Source: the human T2T-CHM13v2.0 reference genome, Homo sapiens
Reading direction: 5' to 3' (one strand)
DNA: 64,000 bases
Assembly: GCF_009914755.1 (NCBI RefSeq)
Contig: NC_060931.1
In this document: positions 62,699-64,000 of the stretch, in pieces
Numbering within the stretch: the stretch's first letter is position 1
How the letters are laid out: each line of letters starts with the position of its first letter
The notes under the pieces: generated by a model
Database searches by the model: none
Told to the model about the DNA's origin: nothing
Seen by the model: the letters and a program-made list of their open reading frames with translations, nothing else
Translations under genes and position numbers: made by a program

Positions 62699-63020
<322 letters not shown>

Positions 63021-63348
63021 CATGCAGTAGATGCTTGAATGAATGGTTGAAGAAGCACAGGATAGGCCGCCAGACTTGGGGACTGAGGGAAGGTGGAGGG
63101 AGGAGGCAGAAAGTGAGGGTCATTAATGATCTTTTCATAAGGCCTTTGAGAGACTATTGCCAGGCCCCAGACCCCCTTTACAAACTGCTGAGCACTGCAG
63201 GGGGACTATTTGCGTCAGACTCAAGCCAAGACATCTCCAAGATCCCTGACAATAAAGCAAACACTAGGCTGGCGCTGGCTAATAGAGGAACCCAGAGGGA
63301 AAAACGCTTTTCTGTTTATGGACAATTCTCCTTCTACAGCCGGATCTT

Positions 63349-63366
63349 CAGCGCCACCTAGTGGTG
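63349..63366 (-). promoter_or_regulatory. CTCF binding motif
   Basis: Minus strand reads CACCACTAGGTGGCGCTG, matching the core CCASYAGRKGGCRS at every position, in non-repeat DNA. Confidence 0.75.
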
Positions 63367-64000
63367 TGCTCTTCAGGCTGGCTGCACTACCAAAGCAACC
63401 GACTAAGATTCAAATGCCTTGGTTTAAAGCTGCAAGGATTAAAACTTTCCTCTTAAGGTCTAAGATAAGAGACTATGTGGGCATAATGAGCAAATTGAGA
63501 GCTTTAGGATTCACATCAGAGAATTCTAAGTCACAAAACTTAATCTCAGCAATTACATACACAGTTAGTAGTAGGATTTTGTAGTTGCCCATACCGTTTT
63601 GCAGTTTTGGACATTGAGTAGTTTTGGACAATGAGGCCAAGATCAAAAGTTAAAGCCGTGCAAAGGAAATGCAGCACCAAGAAGGGAAAAAGAGAATCTG
63701 ATCCAGCCCCTGCCGCCAGGCAGGGGAAGTGTTATTTCCATTTCATATTTAAAGCAAGTAAAACCCTACGAAATGTCCAAGGTCAAATGTCCAATATATG
63801 AGGCAAGAACTTGAATTGTGTGGAGTGTGCCTTTTCTTTTGCTATGCTGCTTCAAAGTACCCCTTTTCTTTCAATATTTGCTTTGTTTTGCTACAATTGC
63901 ACTGATATTCTCCTACCAATGGATCAATAAGCTTCATTTCTATTCTAAACTCACAAACTACAGTGTTCCCCTAAAGGCTTGGGTCATTCTGTCTGTCTCA

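Overview
This is primate, almost certainly human, genomic DNA: it carries about 21 Alu elements, including an AluYa5. The window opens with the last coding exon of TMEM178B (+ strand, 290-540), recognised from its C-terminal peptide. An inferred Alu-free 3'UTR of about 9.6 kb follows, with an internal poly(A)-signal cluster (~7020-7066) and a distal cluster (~10030-10106). The remaining ~54 kb is repeat-rich non-coding DNA; from recall, this is the 7q34 interval toward AGK, which is not in the window. It contains Alus, L1/L2/L3 remnants, MIRs, MER33/MER5 DNA transposons, MLT1/MLT2/MER21/MER77-type LTRs and a complete THE1A-type MaLR provirus. Apart from 322-540, no ORF in the track has recognisable coding support. 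I found no convincing new protein-coding system. The most interesting items are regulatory or structural: a ~100-nt AG-free CU-rich acceptor before the last exon, alternative polyadenylation signals, an orphan CpG-rich element with an E-box minisatellite beside a G-rich polypurine tract, a near-consensus CTCF site, a young 5'-truncated AluYa5, an unexplained 58-bp non-tandem duplication, and a small inverted-symmetry element near 63.6 kb. Repeat subfamily names and boundaries are by-eye calls from remembered consensus sequences, and old-repeat boundaries are approximate.
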